Both the position numbers and the translations under genes were made by a program. DNA of 64,000 nucleotides from Promethearchaeota archaeon (GTDB lineage: Archaea; Asgardarchaeota; Lokiarchaeia; Sigyniarchaeales; SOKP01), in NCBI GenBank assembly GCA_016839555.1, contig JAEOUA010000007.1, positions 224,001-288,000 on the forward strand, written 5' to 3'. How positions within the stretch are numbered: the stretch's first letter is position 1; the number at the start of each line of letters is the position of its first letter. Below, piece after piece: positions 28,874 through 39,190 of this stretch. The notes under the pieces are model-generated. The model made no database searches, had not been told where the DNA came from, and worked only from the letters and a program-made list of their open reading frames with translations.

Positions 28874-31627
28874 ATGTCTTTAAAAAAAAAAAATAAAAAC
28901 CAAATAACTAATCAAAACCAAGACGAAGAAACCGAATATGAAGATTGGAAACGACGCTCTAAATCATATAATATGATTTTCATAGCAATTTCTCTATTAG
29001 TATTTGGAATCCTCGGAATGGTCGTAGTAACTCAAATGGATCTTCAACCGGGCTCCCAATTTTCGGATTTTGAAGAAAGATATCCCTTCGAACTAAAACC
29101 TATGCCAGGGCCTGCATTAAGTTTTTCTGGAGGTTCCTTCCCATTAGACTTAGTTCTTTGTCACACAGATACGTATTCTTGGCATGCATGGGAAAAAGAA
29201 TATCCATTACCTAATCTGGGCCTATTGATGTTATTTGATTCTAAAACGGGAGAACAATTAGGGCTTTCCAGGCTGTTTGATGGACCAATTAAGTCTGTAT
29301 TTCCTATCATGGATATGAATGGCGACGGAGTTACTGATTATCTTATTAAAAAAGCGACCGTAGCCCCCACATGGCATTTAAGAGAAATCACCTATGATAT
29401 CGAACGAGCAGAATTAGAACCTCAATTGGAAGAAATAGTAGATGAAGATGCTTATGTAAATAAGATTATAAATGGTTTAACTTTAGCGGATATCAATGGA
29501 ATAAACTATTCTAATTTTTCAATAGTTGATGTAGTTTCCCTAAATAATTTCACTGATTCGAAAGGAGATTTAATATTTTTAGAAGTTAGACCTCATCCTG
29601 TACATGAAAATGAGTATAGTTTATATTTAACAACTTATTTTATTAATGGGACAAATGTAATAAATAAATCAATAGGTTCATATTCTTCATGGGGTGACCC
29701 TGACACAGCTACCTTACCAAAAATAGAATTTTTTAAGTGTAATGGGTCCAATCAATTACTATTTGTCAATCAATCAAATTTTATATTATATAATTTAAGT
29801 TCTTCCAACTTTAATGATATCCTTTTTAATCAGAGTATTAGTGATTGGAATGAAAATAATAGATTTATAAATTATCAGGTTATCAAAGATCTAGATTCTG
29901 ATGGAAATAAAGAAATAGTCTTAATCAAATATAATGGTAATTGTAGTAATCAAGTTCTCCTAATTAATGGGTCTACTGGTCAGAAATTATTTGATTTTGA
30001 AATATACGCGCTTTTTCCTGCAAGTTTGCGTCCTAGAATAGATAATCTATTTGTTAAGGAAATTGGTAATTACCACGATGGAAGAACATATATTTTAATC
30101 GAATATTTTGGCAGGACACAATTATCTGGAATTGACTATTTTGAACTTAAATTTCGATTTACCACAGGTTACATGATTGGGAAAAGCCATTCAACATTTA
30201 TATATGTAGATTATCTTATCAGCCAAGATTGGGTTAATGAAGAACAACAGACGACTGTGCTTGATCAAGATTTAAATTTTGATGGTGTAAATGAAATTAT
30301 AACAATAAATGAAATCCCACCCACCTCCATGCTAAGTCCGATGCAGACGTATCGAATTAACATTAAAGATATTTTTTTTGGAAAAACGTTTTCAACTCTA
30401 AATATAAATTTTGAAGTTAGATCACTCCAAGTTATAAAAGATTTTGATGGAGATGGAATAGTTGATTTATTAGCACGCGGAAGTCAGAGCTTTTCGATTA
30501 TTTCTTCACAAGAGCCTGTTGGAATGTTTTTATCTCCGGCATTTCCCTATAACCTTGGTATCCCGCTTTTTATTCTATTAGTGAGTATTATCATTATAGG
30601 GATTATTTTATTGATTTATTATGGAGGTAAATTCAGGTATACCGTTGAACCTATCAAAGAGAATTTAAGAGCTCTTGCTAAAAAAAAGAAAATGACAATA
30701 TTTACCATTATTTTATCATTAATCACCATATCATTTACATTTTTCCTATTTATGACGATGTTAAATGTATTCAATAGTACACTTGTTGCGGGAAGCTGGA
30801 TAACGGATATTATCATATATGTCCTTTTAATAATGGTTTTTTGGTTTGGGCTCTTGACGTTTACAGCAGCTATTTATAATCTCTTTGCCCCATATTTTGC
30901 TTATTTATTTATTAAATTAAGGGCTTTATTTTTCAAAGTTTCACGAGCGTATACCAATGAATTTTATGTCTTGGATTTAAAGGAAAGAAAGAACCTTGGT
31001 ACATTTTCTAAGCTAAAGAGAGTTATAGTACCTTTATTACTTTCACTTGCGATTGGATTTTATGCATATAACTATTTAGCTCCATTTTTAGGATATAATA
31101 CTACTTTTACTTCTATATCTGTCAATGAGTTCGGATCATTTATAGTAGGTTATATGCTTCTATGCATCCTTCCATTAATCCTTTCATTCCTCGCATTTTC
31201 ATTCTTTAATTCTGGAAATTATTTACTTGATGATGCTGGAATAGTCTATTATCGTGAACCAAAGCGCTATAGGAAGCCCGCAGATGTTGAACCAGTAAGC
31301 ATTTGGGCACAATCCTTAGTGAAGGGTGCTGCTGGGATTTCTGCCTTGATTACCTTCATTGAATTTGCTCTTACTTTAGATGTCCAAACGATGGTTTCAC
31401 AATCAGGAGAAGGAATGATCTTGCTAATGGTGCTTTTATTAATAATATTCTGGGGATTACCCTTTATTACAGGATTTGCTTATGTACTGCTTGCAGAAGA
31501 ATTAATGGACTTTTCTACCGAATATAATAATAGGCGACTCTATAAGCTTATGGAAAAAGGAGGCATTGATCCGACTCTACGAAAAATAACTATCGAGGCT
31601 TCTAAGGAAGTAAAAAAGAAGAGCTAA
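28874..31627 (+). CDS. Large membrane protein with extracellular FG-GAP-like repeats and multi-pass C-terminal domain
   Basis: N-terminal TM helix; DMNGDGVTD, DLDSDGNKE, DLNFDGVNE, DFDGDGIVD motifs; N-x-S/T sequons; about 7 TM helices in the C-terminal 360 aa. Confidence 0.7.
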   Translation: MSLKKKNKNQITNQNQDEETEYEDWKRRSKSYNMIFIAISLLVFGILGMVVVTQMDLQPGSQFSDFEERYPFELKPMPGPALSFSGGSFPLDLVLCHTDTYSWHAWEKEYPLPNLGLLMLFDSKTGEQLGLSRLFDGPIKSVFPIMDMNGDGVTDYLIKKATVAPTWHLREITYDIERAELEPQLEEIVDEDAYVNKIINGLTLADINGINYSNFSIVDVVSLNNFTDSKGDLIFLEVRPHPVHENEYSLYLTTYFINGTNVINKSIGSYSSWGDPDTATLPKIEFFKCNGSNQLLFVNQSNFILYNLSSSNFNDILFNQSISDWNENNRFINYQVIKDLDSDGNKEIVLIKYNGNCSNQVLLINGSTGQKLFDFEIYALFPASLRPRIDNLFVKEIGNYHDGRTYILIEYFGRTQLSGIDYFELKFRFTTGYMIGKSHSTFIYVDYLISQDWVNEEQQTTVLDQDLNFDGVNEIITINEIPPTSMLSPMQTYRINIKDIFFGKTFSTLNINFEVRSLQVIKDFDGDGIVDLLARGSQSFSIISSQEPVGMFLSPAFPYNLGIPLFILLVSIIIIGIILLIYYGGKFRYTVEPIKENLRALAKKKKMTIFTIILSLITISFTFFLFMTMLNVFNSTLVAGSWITDIIIYVLLIMVFWFGLLTFTAAIYNLFAPYFAYLFIKLRALFFKVSRAYTNEFYVLDLKERKNLGTFSKLKRVIVPLLLSLAIGFYAYNYLAPFLGYNTTFTSISVNEFGSFIVGYMLLCILPLILSFLAFSFFNSGNYLLDDAGIVYYREPKRYRKPADVEPVSIWAQSLVKGAAGISALITFIEFALTLDVQTMVSQSGEGMILLMVLLLIIFWGLPFITGFAYVLLAEELMDFSTEYNNRRLYKLMEKGGIDPTLRKITIEASKEVKKKS

Positions 31628-31815
31628 CTAATAGAAAATATATTATTATCTAAATATTCATTTTTTTTTATTTTTATTAGCACCAAATAATCAATTATTA
31701 AAATTGAAAAAAAATTGAATTATTTCTAAATTTTTTTAATTTCAATTTTTATAGAAATTTCTTATTCGAATTATCCACAAATTATAAAAAATAAAATTAA
31801 AAGAGTAGTAATTTT

Positions 31816-32643
31816 TTAAATATCTGATTTAAAATAATACGCAGGAACTCCCACTTCAGCTATACCCCCATCACATGGAATATTGTGTCCCGTCATGAAA
31901 TTGGAAAGAGGAGATGCTAAAAATAATGAAGTATTAACCACATCTTCGACCGTTCCCATACGATTTAATGGCGTTTTTACATGCCCTTCATCCATTGTCA
32001 TTTTCATTATATCTTCCCTGTTATCATAGATTCCTGTTACATGGTATCCGGGTGAGATAGAATTAACAGTTATTTTGGGCGCCAGACTTCTTGCTAATAA
32101 TTGCATTAATGCTATTACACCTACTTTACTTATGCTATAGGCTGGAATTCCCGCATCCACGATCATTCCTGCTATTGAGGCAGTACAAATTATCTTACCC
32201 GCTAAAAGAGTGAAATCTTGTTTTTTCATCTTACGCGATAAAGCTTTTGCAACTAACCATTGTCCTTTTAAATTTATATTTAGAGTTTTATCGAACCGTT
32301 CTTCATCAATTCTGGTAATATCCTTTCCAAAACTTAAACCTACTCCAGCATTGGTATTAAGTATATATATATTATCTAATTCAGAAAATGCTTGTTTTGC
32401 CATTTGTTGGACTTCATCACTTTTAGACACATCGCAAATAATTGGGATAACACGTTGTCCGGTCTCTTTTTCAATTTTATTGGAAGTTTCCTCAAGCAGT
32501 TCTTCATTGATATCCACTAATACCACATCCGCACCCCTTTCTGCATATGCAAGGGCTATTCCTCGACCAAAACCAGAAGCTCCTCCCGTAATAAGGGTAC
32601 CTTTTCCCTCTAAAAATTTTTCTTCTAACATAATATTGCTCAA
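31816..32643 (-). CDS. Classical SDR oxidoreductase (FabG-like)
   Basis: TGGASGFG, TNAG, ASIAG, YSISK, VNSISPG, TPLNRMG, MTGHNIPCDGG. Confidence 0.88.
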   Translation of the reverse strand: MSNIMLEEKFLEGKGTLITGGASGFGRGIALAYAERGADVVLVDINEELLEETSNKIEKETGQRVIPIICDVSKSDEVQQMAKQAFSELDNIYILNTNAGVGLSFGKDITRIDEERFDKTLNINLKGQWLVAKALSRKMKKQDFTLLAGKIICTASIAGMIVDAGIPAYSISKVGVIALMQLLARSLAPKITVNSISPGYHVTGIYDNREDIMKMTMDEGHVKTPLNRMGTVEDVVNTSLFLASPLSNFMTGHNIPCDGGIAEVGVPAYYFKSDI

Positions 32644-32811
32644 CTTATTTTATTTCTTCTATTTTATAATACACAACTCATTCATATAAACATTTTAAAA
32701 ATATAGTATATCTTTTAAAATGAATAAAGATAAAAAATAAAATTACATAAATTTAAATAATATTAGTTAATGAAATCATAATTGAATAAAAAAAATTTGT
32801 TGATTGAATAA

Positions 32812-34419
32812 ATGACAGATAAAGTTAATAAAGTAGTTCCTTATATGATAAATTTGGATGAGACAGTACCCAGACGCTCCAAAGCTACATTATTGAATGA
32901 AATAACCATGGGGTTAATTGATCTGATGTATGTTTATGGAAATAAATTGAGTAAGTATGGAAAAATACATCGAATAACTGCATGTTTTTGGCCAGTACGG
33001 TTAATCCCTTTAAATAATACTCGAGCCTGTGTATGTTCATATTTATTAAATACAAGTGAAAAATTGAAGGCAGGAGATTTCCAAAAAACACCGCCTCCCC
33101 CTGATAATGTAATAAAAGCTTCTGATCCTGAATCTTTTTTGGAATCTTTAAAAAATTATAACGATAATTATTTAGCTACTGGAGGTTTTCTCAGTAGCAG
33201 TAATTTTAAACGGGGAACTATAGTGCAAGAAGCTTTATTTAGCACTGATGAGGTGGGATATTTTAAAAATTTCTTTCTCCACGAATATGATATTAATTCT
33301 TTCACAGAACCTTATTTCTTATTATCAGGAGACCCCATAGCTAAGAGTGTAAATCAAATAAAGATTGCTCCTGAAATTTATAAGTTCGTCGAATTAGAGG
33401 ATGTTAAATTGCTCGATCGATACGCAGATACGATTAGCTCTCTATGCGATCAATGGATAGAAAAGGCAAAAGGAACAGCAGAAGAACTTAGAATTACGAA
33501 AGTGGATACAAGTGACGAAGAAGAGCAACTGGCCATTTTAAACAAAAAATTAAAAGAAGAGAAAGAGAGAGATCTCCATGCTACTCCAGAAGAATTAATA
33601 AAAACCGGAAAATATAAAATAAATGATAAAACTGGAGAGCTTAATAACAATTTAAACTCTATAACCACTTCTGTAAATAGTATTAAGGATGCCATAGATA
33701 AAAAAGATTTATTTCTTTTGGATGAGGCAATGAAGGATGTTAATTTGAAAAATAATGATCTAGGAAATTCTATTCGAAGATATGAAAAAGAAATAGCCCA
33801 ATTAAAAGCCAATATTGATCGCGAGATTTCAGATATTCAAAAAGCTCATCAGAGAAAAATCTCGGAATTAGAAGCTAAAATTGCTGAGGTGCAGAGAAAA
33901 ATTGAAGAAAAACATGCAAAATTAAGTGGGAAAACTGTTTCAGCAGAAGAACTTATCCAAGAAATTAAGAATGAAAAACAAGCAATCTTAGAAAAAATAG
34001 AGGGTATAAAAGATGAAGATATGTCTAATGTACAACAATTCATCAAAAATTTTACTATTGAGATAAAAACTCAAGATAAAATTGTTGGAATCCCTATTTT
34101 TATATTCTATTTCACGGATCCTCAGACAAAACGAACCAATATTAGAATTCCAGTTCTCCCCATCTTGATTGAAAAGGGAAATGTCGTAACAACCAAAGTA
34201 AAAGAGAAATTTAGGATTAAGTTAGAAGATCTAATGAATAAATATAATCCACTTATCGATTTAGTTGAGAGTGAGGCAGAGAAAGCTAATCTTATGGAAA
34301 ATATCACAAATATTGATACGAAATTAGATGAAGCTATAAATGACCTTAGAATAAATAAAATTTTAAAGAAAAAAACAGCCGCTAAAGCAAAAGAAATGAT
34401 AAATAGTTTAGTGTGGTAA
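32812..34419 (+). CDS. Long coiled-coil hypothetical protein with globular termini
   Basis: About 200 aa central heptad region flanked by beta-rich segments (FWPVRLIP; GIPIFIFYF). Confidence 0.65.
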   Translation: MTDKVNKVVPYMINLDETVPRRSKATLLNEITMGLIDLMYVYGNKLSKYGKIHRITACFWPVRLIPLNNTRACVCSYLLNTSEKLKAGDFQKTPPPPDNVIKASDPESFLESLKNYNDNYLATGGFLSSSNFKRGTIVQEALFSTDEVGYFKNFFLHEYDINSFTEPYFLLSGDPIAKSVNQIKIAPEIYKFVELEDVKLLDRYADTISSLCDQWIEKAKGTAEELRITKVDTSDEEEQLAILNKKLKEEKERDLHATPEELIKTGKYKINDKTGELNNNLNSITTSVNSIKDAIDKKDLFLLDEAMKDVNLKNNDLGNSIRRYEKEIAQLKANIDREISDIQKAHQRKISELEAKIAEVQRKIEEKHAKLSGKTVSAEELIQEIKNEKQAILEKIEGIKDEDMSNVQQFIKNFTIEIKTQDKIVGIPIFIFYFTDPQTKRTNIRIPVLPILIEKGNVVTTKVKEKFRIKLEDLMNKYNPLIDLVESEAEKANLMENITNIDTKLDEAINDLRINKILKKKTAAKAKEMINSLVW

Positions 34420-34559
34420 TTTTTAGTTCAAGATCTTTTTTTAAATCATATTTTTATTTTTTGCTCTCCTTTTACTTTCATTCGATTATTATATTTTAAA
34501 CACACCTTTCTGTTTATTCTGGAATCAGTATTTAACAAGGAGATTAAGGAGTAAAAAAA

Positions 34560-35156
34560 TTACCAAGGATATAACGAAAAAATGTATTCTATACTTAGCT
34601 GATTATAATTCTGATATAGTTCCGTAGTTCCTATATTAAATTCATCATTAGATTTACAATTTATTTCGAAATAATCAGAATTATTAAAATATATAAACTG
34701 ATACGAATTAATTAACCGATATGGTGTTCCTGTGGAATTAAATTTGTCAAAGCTAAATTCTAACGAACTATTCCGGTTAAAATTAATATAATATTCAAAA
34801 TTTGATGTTAAATTAACTAAAACTAATGAGAGATGCACTTTATACCAACCACTTTTTTGCATTGTAAAGTTTGTATTATTATTTGATAAAACTACGTAGT
34901 TAGATCTTAGAATTTGACTGTTATTTACTTCAACCAACCAATCGGTGGTATTATAAGATCCGTATATAGCTCTACTAAGGTTGGTCCATAGACCCACTAC
35001 TTTTGAACCTTCAGGAGGGATAAGAATTACTTGAAGATTACCCTCTGTTTGAAGCTTATAAAAAGAATAACCGCCTAATCCCAGTCCTGCTAATGCAATA
35101 ATAGTGATAATAACAAGCGCAGCGTTTTTACTATTCTCTTCTAAATCTAATTTCAT
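34560..35156 (-). CDS. Single-TM (type II) surface protein with C1q/TNF-like beta domain
   Basis: N-terminal TM helix; FTMQKSGWYKVHLSL resembles the C1q/TNF F-x3-GxY strand; many N-glycosylation sequons. Confidence 0.5.
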   Translation of the reverse strand: MKLDLEENSKNAALVIITIIALAGLGLGGYSFYKLQTEGNLQVILIPPEGSKVVGLWTNLSRAIYGSYNTTDWLVEVNNSQILRSNYVVLSNNNTNFTMQKSGWYKVHLSLVLVNLTSNFEYYINFNRNSSLEFSFDKFNSTGTPYRLINSYQFIYFNNSDYFEINCKSNDEFNIGTTELYQNYNQLSIEYIFSLYPW

Positions 35157-35364
35157 TTTTTAAAAATTAAATTTATTTTTATGAAAATCTAATATTAAAC
35201 TTTATGCTTTGTATACTTAAAATTTTAGTTTACAATTAAATTTATTTCAAATTTGAGTTATTCCTTTCAATTGCTTAAATATTATTATTTTCTTTATTCT
35301 TTTTTAAGATTTAAATCTCTGAAAAAAGAAGAGCTTATTTTTGGAACTAAAAGTTAATCTCTAC

Positions 35365-35610
35365 TTATTTGGTAAATTCTTTCATCACAACATGGGTGTT
35401 GGTTTTTATGATTCCTTCAATATAATCTATTTTTTTAGCAAATGAATTATATAACTCATCACTATTTTCTACTTCAATTTCAGCAAGTAGATCGTAATCA
35501 CCAGTTAAAGAAAAGACTTTTTTAATTTCTGAGATTTGATTAAATTTATTAATCACATTTTCCATTGCTTTATGATGAACTTTACAAAATATCAAAGCTT
35601 TTATTGTCAT
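35365..35610 (-). CDS. Stand-alone Lrp/AsnC ligand-binding (RAM) domain protein
   Basis: KALIFCKV...VFSLTGDYDLLAEIEV...IEGIIKTNTHVV; no HTH. Confidence 0.85.
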   Translation of the reverse strand: MTIKALIFCKVHHKAMENVINKFNQISEIKKVFSLTGDYDLLAEIEVENSDELYNSFAKKIDYIEGIIKTNTHVVMKEFTK

Positions 35611-35615
35611 TTTTT

Positions 35616-36932
35616 TTATGTATATTTGTTTATTTTATCTATAAATAAAATATCAACAGATTCAATACCATCAATAATTTTAAGTTCCTCATTTATTAAA
35701 TGATACACATCTCTTATAGAATTTGTTTTCACATCTATTAAAATATCATGAGTTCCAATTAAAGATCTTACTCTTTCGACTCCTTCTAATTGTAATAATT
35801 GAAGTTGTATGACCTTCATAAATCCTTGCTTTTGTCCTATTAGGATATAAGCATTAATTTTATTTCTCGATTCATTTATATATCTAAATAAAATGGATAT
35901 TATTAATAAAAAAACAATTATGACTAGATATCCAAGTGGAAACATTTCATTTACAAATAATACTCCAAATACTAAACCCCCAATAGGTTCTATAATACTT
36001 AAAATGCTACTCCATTGACCATAGGAAAGATTATGAGGAATCCAATTGAAGCTTGCTATAAAAATTAATATATAAGGGATAATAGTAGAAAAAATAATTA
36101 ACAGTATCATTTCCCAATTACATAATATCGACCATATATTAGCAAATTGATTGAAAAATAATTTAATCTCTTTATATAAATTTATTTCAAGAGGAACAAA
36201 AAATATAAATAATAAAAATGGAAAAAGAAAAGCGATACCGATTAAAAATGTTAGAGAAATCTTAAAAAGCATTCTCACTATTTTATAGTTCGAGTTCTTA
36301 TTAATCAATTTAATTTCAGCTTCAGAATACGAATCCCTATTAATACCAATATTTAAGAGAGAGATACATAGGGCAAATAAAAGTACATAAATTCCTCCTA
36401 TTAATAATTCAGGTGTTCCCACTTCTTTAACTTCTTGGGATTTAACATAAATGATTATAGAAATACAGAAAATTAAAATAATTAAATACAATATTTTAAA
36501 AATATCCAATTTTTCTAATCTTATTCCATGCTCATAGACAGCAATTATTATAATGCTTAATTGGAATCCAATCATAGCAAATGAAACAGAGGTGAGTTTC
36601 AAGGCGAGAAAATAGCCAATAATTTGCAAGATCACTCCAAAAAACCCTAGCAAGCTTAGATATGTGAAATATCTTATGTTATAAAATTTCTCGTTTCTGG
36701 TTAATATTGATTTTAAAATTAATTTTAAGGAAATTTTTTGTTTTTCCCAATATCTATTATTAAAATATACGATAAGCGACCCGATTAAAAGCAAGATAAT
36801 ACCAGATATAAAAAATCTAAGAAAAATTATCATAATTATAGAGATTGATGAAAATAAATCAGAAACAAATATCGGAACCAAGCTCCATAAGAGACCAGCA
36901 ATTATGATATAAATTATATTTTTATTTTCCAT
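35616..36932 (-). CDS. EamA/DMT-like transporter fused to C-terminal Lrp/AsnC (RAM) domain
   Basis: About 10 TM helices (ALKLTSVS; SIIEPIGGLVFGVLFVNE), then INAYILI...VERVRSLIGTHDILIDV...IDGIESVDILF. Confidence 0.75.
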   Translation of the reverse strand: MENKNIIYIIIAGLLWSLVPIFVSDLFSSISIIMIIFLRFFISGIILLLIGSLIVYFNNRYWEKQKISLKLILKSILTRNEKFYNIRYFTYLSLLGFFGVILQIIGYFLALKLTSVSFAMIGFQLSIIIIAVYEHGIRLEKLDIFKILYLIILIFCISIIIYVKSQEVKEVGTPELLIGGIYVLLFALCISLLNIGINRDSYSEAEIKLINKNSNYKIVRMLFKISLTFLIGIAFLFPFLLFIFFVPLEINLYKEIKLFFNQFANIWSILCNWEMILLIIFSTIIPYILIFIASFNWIPHNLSYGQWSSILSIIEPIGGLVFGVLFVNEMFPLGYLVIIVFLLIISILFRYINESRNKINAYILIGQKQGFMKVIQLQLLQLEGVERVRSLIGTHDILIDVKTNSIRDVYHLINEELKIIDGIESVDILFIDKINKYT

Positions 36933-37097
36933 AATTTAATTAAAATATTTGATATCTCTTTTTAAAAATTTAGATTTATCAATTCTTTCTATCAATAGGA
37001 ATTAGATTTACGATTTTAATATAATATCTTAAATTAATCTCAAAATTAATTTATTTCTACTTCATTTATTATGAATATAGAATTATGAATTTTTTTT

Positions 37098-37628
37098 TTG
37101 GGGTACTTTCTTATGAATAAGGAGTTATTAAAGCTTTCACGGGAAGAACTAATTGACTATATTGAGGATATCAGCAAAAATTGGCTGGCTATCGATGGCA
37201 CATGGTTTCTTGCCTCTGAGGAGCAATATGGACTCAATAAAGCTATAGAACTTGATGCATTATCATGGAAACGTTTCAGTCCTATTGAAGCAAAACGTAT
37301 TATGAAACGTTTTAATATCCCCAAAAATGGGGGGATTCAAGCACTTATTAAAGGTTTGAATTTTAGAGTATATGCAAATATTAATGAACAAGAAGTAGTT
37401 GAGGTTTCAGAAAAAAGATGCATATTTCGCATGAAGAATTGCAGAGTACAAGCTGCTAGAAAACGGAAAGGATTACCTGATTTTCCATGTAAGCAAATTG
37501 GAATTATAGAATACTCAAAATTCGCGAAAGCAATTGACCCTAGAATCAAAACAAAATGTATTTGTTGCCCTCCCGATGCTCATCCAGATGAATATTATTG
37601 TGCATGGGAATTTATATTAGCAGAATAA
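37098..37628 (+). CDS. DUF6125-like (V4R/ATC-hydrolase-like) Cys-rich protein
   Basis: NWLAIDGTWF, CRVQAARKRKG..FPC, CICCPPD.HP..YCAWEF. Likely ATG start at 37113. Confidence 0.7.
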   Translation: MGYFLMNKELLKLSREELIDYIEDISKNWLAIDGTWFLASEEQYGLNKAIELDALSWKRFSPIEAKRIMKRFNIPKNGGIQALIKGLNFRVYANINEQEVVEVSEKRCIFRMKNCRVQAARKRKGLPDFPCKQIGIIEYSKFAKAIDPRIKTKCICCPPDAHPDEYYCAWEFILAE

Positions 37629-37949
37629 ATCTTTTTAAAAACATATAAAAGTTACCTTATTTACCCAATTTAAAAAGTAGGCGAGCTATGATTTTATGTT
37701 TGACCAAATAATTTTTTAACCTTTCGATCTCAGAATAAAGGATTTAAACTGATTTTTTTTTAAATTTCTAGGAATCTTACAATTGGATAGGATAGAGTTC
37801 TTCTTATTTTGAATTAGAATAGCAAAAGAGATTTAAAAGAAGGGTTTAAAAAATAAGTAAAAAGATTTAATTTTAATAATAAAATATCATACTTGTATTT
37901 TTAAAAACATCATTAAAAAGATTAGTTAAAATAAAAGAGCCTTAAAAAA

Positions 37950-38972
37950 ATGTTTGATAACTCAAAATGCGCAAATTGTGAAGATGTCGATTGTTTGACC
38001 CGATGTCAGTGGATTGAATTTGAAGATACCGAGGATGCCAGAAAAGAAATGCAGAAAATGATTAATGGAGCAGAATCTCGAGTTCTCTCTGAATGCGTTA
38101 CATGCTTTGCATGCGACGAATATTGCCCTTATAATTCTCATCCTTTTGATCTAATAACAGAACTTCAGGAAAAATATGATTCTTTAGATTTGAATCCAGT
38201 TTTGGTCGAAAAACTAATCGCAACATATGAACCTCATGAAGAATTTGAACCATGGGAAGGGATAGATCCTGAGAAGCCAACATTAAACAAATGTGCTTTT
38301 ATAAAAACGCATGCAAAAAATATGCAAGGACAAATCTATGATAATTTACAATATGTCGGAGGAAGAGATTTTTTCTGTAATTTAATGTATCACCATGTAG
38401 CGAAAGATTCTGTTATCAGAGAAAGAGCAACCAAGCTTCTAGAAAATATTAAAAAACAAGGTATTAAAGATATGATATGTTTTCATGATGAATGCTACGG
38501 ATTTTACACATCATATTGTCCAAGAAATAATATTGAACTTCCTGAAGGATTAAATCCTATTCATATATTTGAATATTTATATAATTATCTTAAAGAACAT
38601 GAGTCTAAAATTCATAAATTGAATATAAAGGGGGCATATCAGAGAAATTGTTCAAATCGATTTATGCCGGAAGTTGAAGAATGGGTAGATAAAATCTGTG
38701 AATTAATTGGTGTTGAACGGGTTAAAAGAAAGTATGATCGGGAAAATGCTCTTTGTTGTGGAGGTGTATTTTCAATTTTGGGAGATAAGAAATTAATAAG
38801 AGAAACTCAGAATAAACAAGTCCAAGATATGCTTGATCACGGAGCAGAATTATGTTTCTATAATTGTCCTATGTGTATGGAATCACTCGGATCGAAAATC
38901 GAAAGAAAGGGAATAAAAAATTACCTCCTAAGTGACCTCTGTCGCATGGCCCTCGGTGAAAAGATAGAATAA
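37950..38972 (+). CDS. Fe-S (CCG-domain) oxidoreductase-like protein
   Basis: CANCEDVDCLTRC, CVTCFACDEYCP, HDECY, YQRNC, LCCGG, NCPMC. Confidence 0.8.
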   Translation: MFDNSKCANCEDVDCLTRCQWIEFEDTEDARKEMQKMINGAESRVLSECVTCFACDEYCPYNSHPFDLITELQEKYDSLDLNPVLVEKLIATYEPHEEFEPWEGIDPEKPTLNKCAFIKTHAKNMQGQIYDNLQYVGGRDFFCNLMYHHVAKDSVIRERATKLLENIKKQGIKDMICFHDECYGFYTSYCPRNNIELPEGLNPIHIFEYLYNYLKEHESKIHKLNIKGAYQRNCSNRFMPEVEEWVDKICELIGVERVKRKYDRENALCCGGVFSILGDKKLIRETQNKQVQDMLDHGAELCFYNCPMCMESLGSKIERKGIKNYLLSDLCRMALGEKIE

Positions 38973-39190
38973 ATTCCTTCTTTTTTATTTTATTTTTATT
39001 TTTACTATAAATCGAAAATGTCCCTCTTTCATAGATAAGATAATATTTATAATCAGAACTTTTTATTAATAACAGAGTTTTAATAAGATTAGGAATAAGT
39101 GAATGATGAACTATTTTCTCTATAGAGATAGAATAAGAAAAAATAATAATAGCAGAATTTTACAAAACAATTTATCATGAGTGGACAAGT

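Noticed and set aside
32210-32689. 159-aa + strand ORF and other short antisense/overlapping ORFs (e.g. 15082-15468, 33450-33812, 42474-42827, 57320-57685, 57992-58294)
   Set aside because: They lie within well-supported genes and have no motifs; shadow ORFs.
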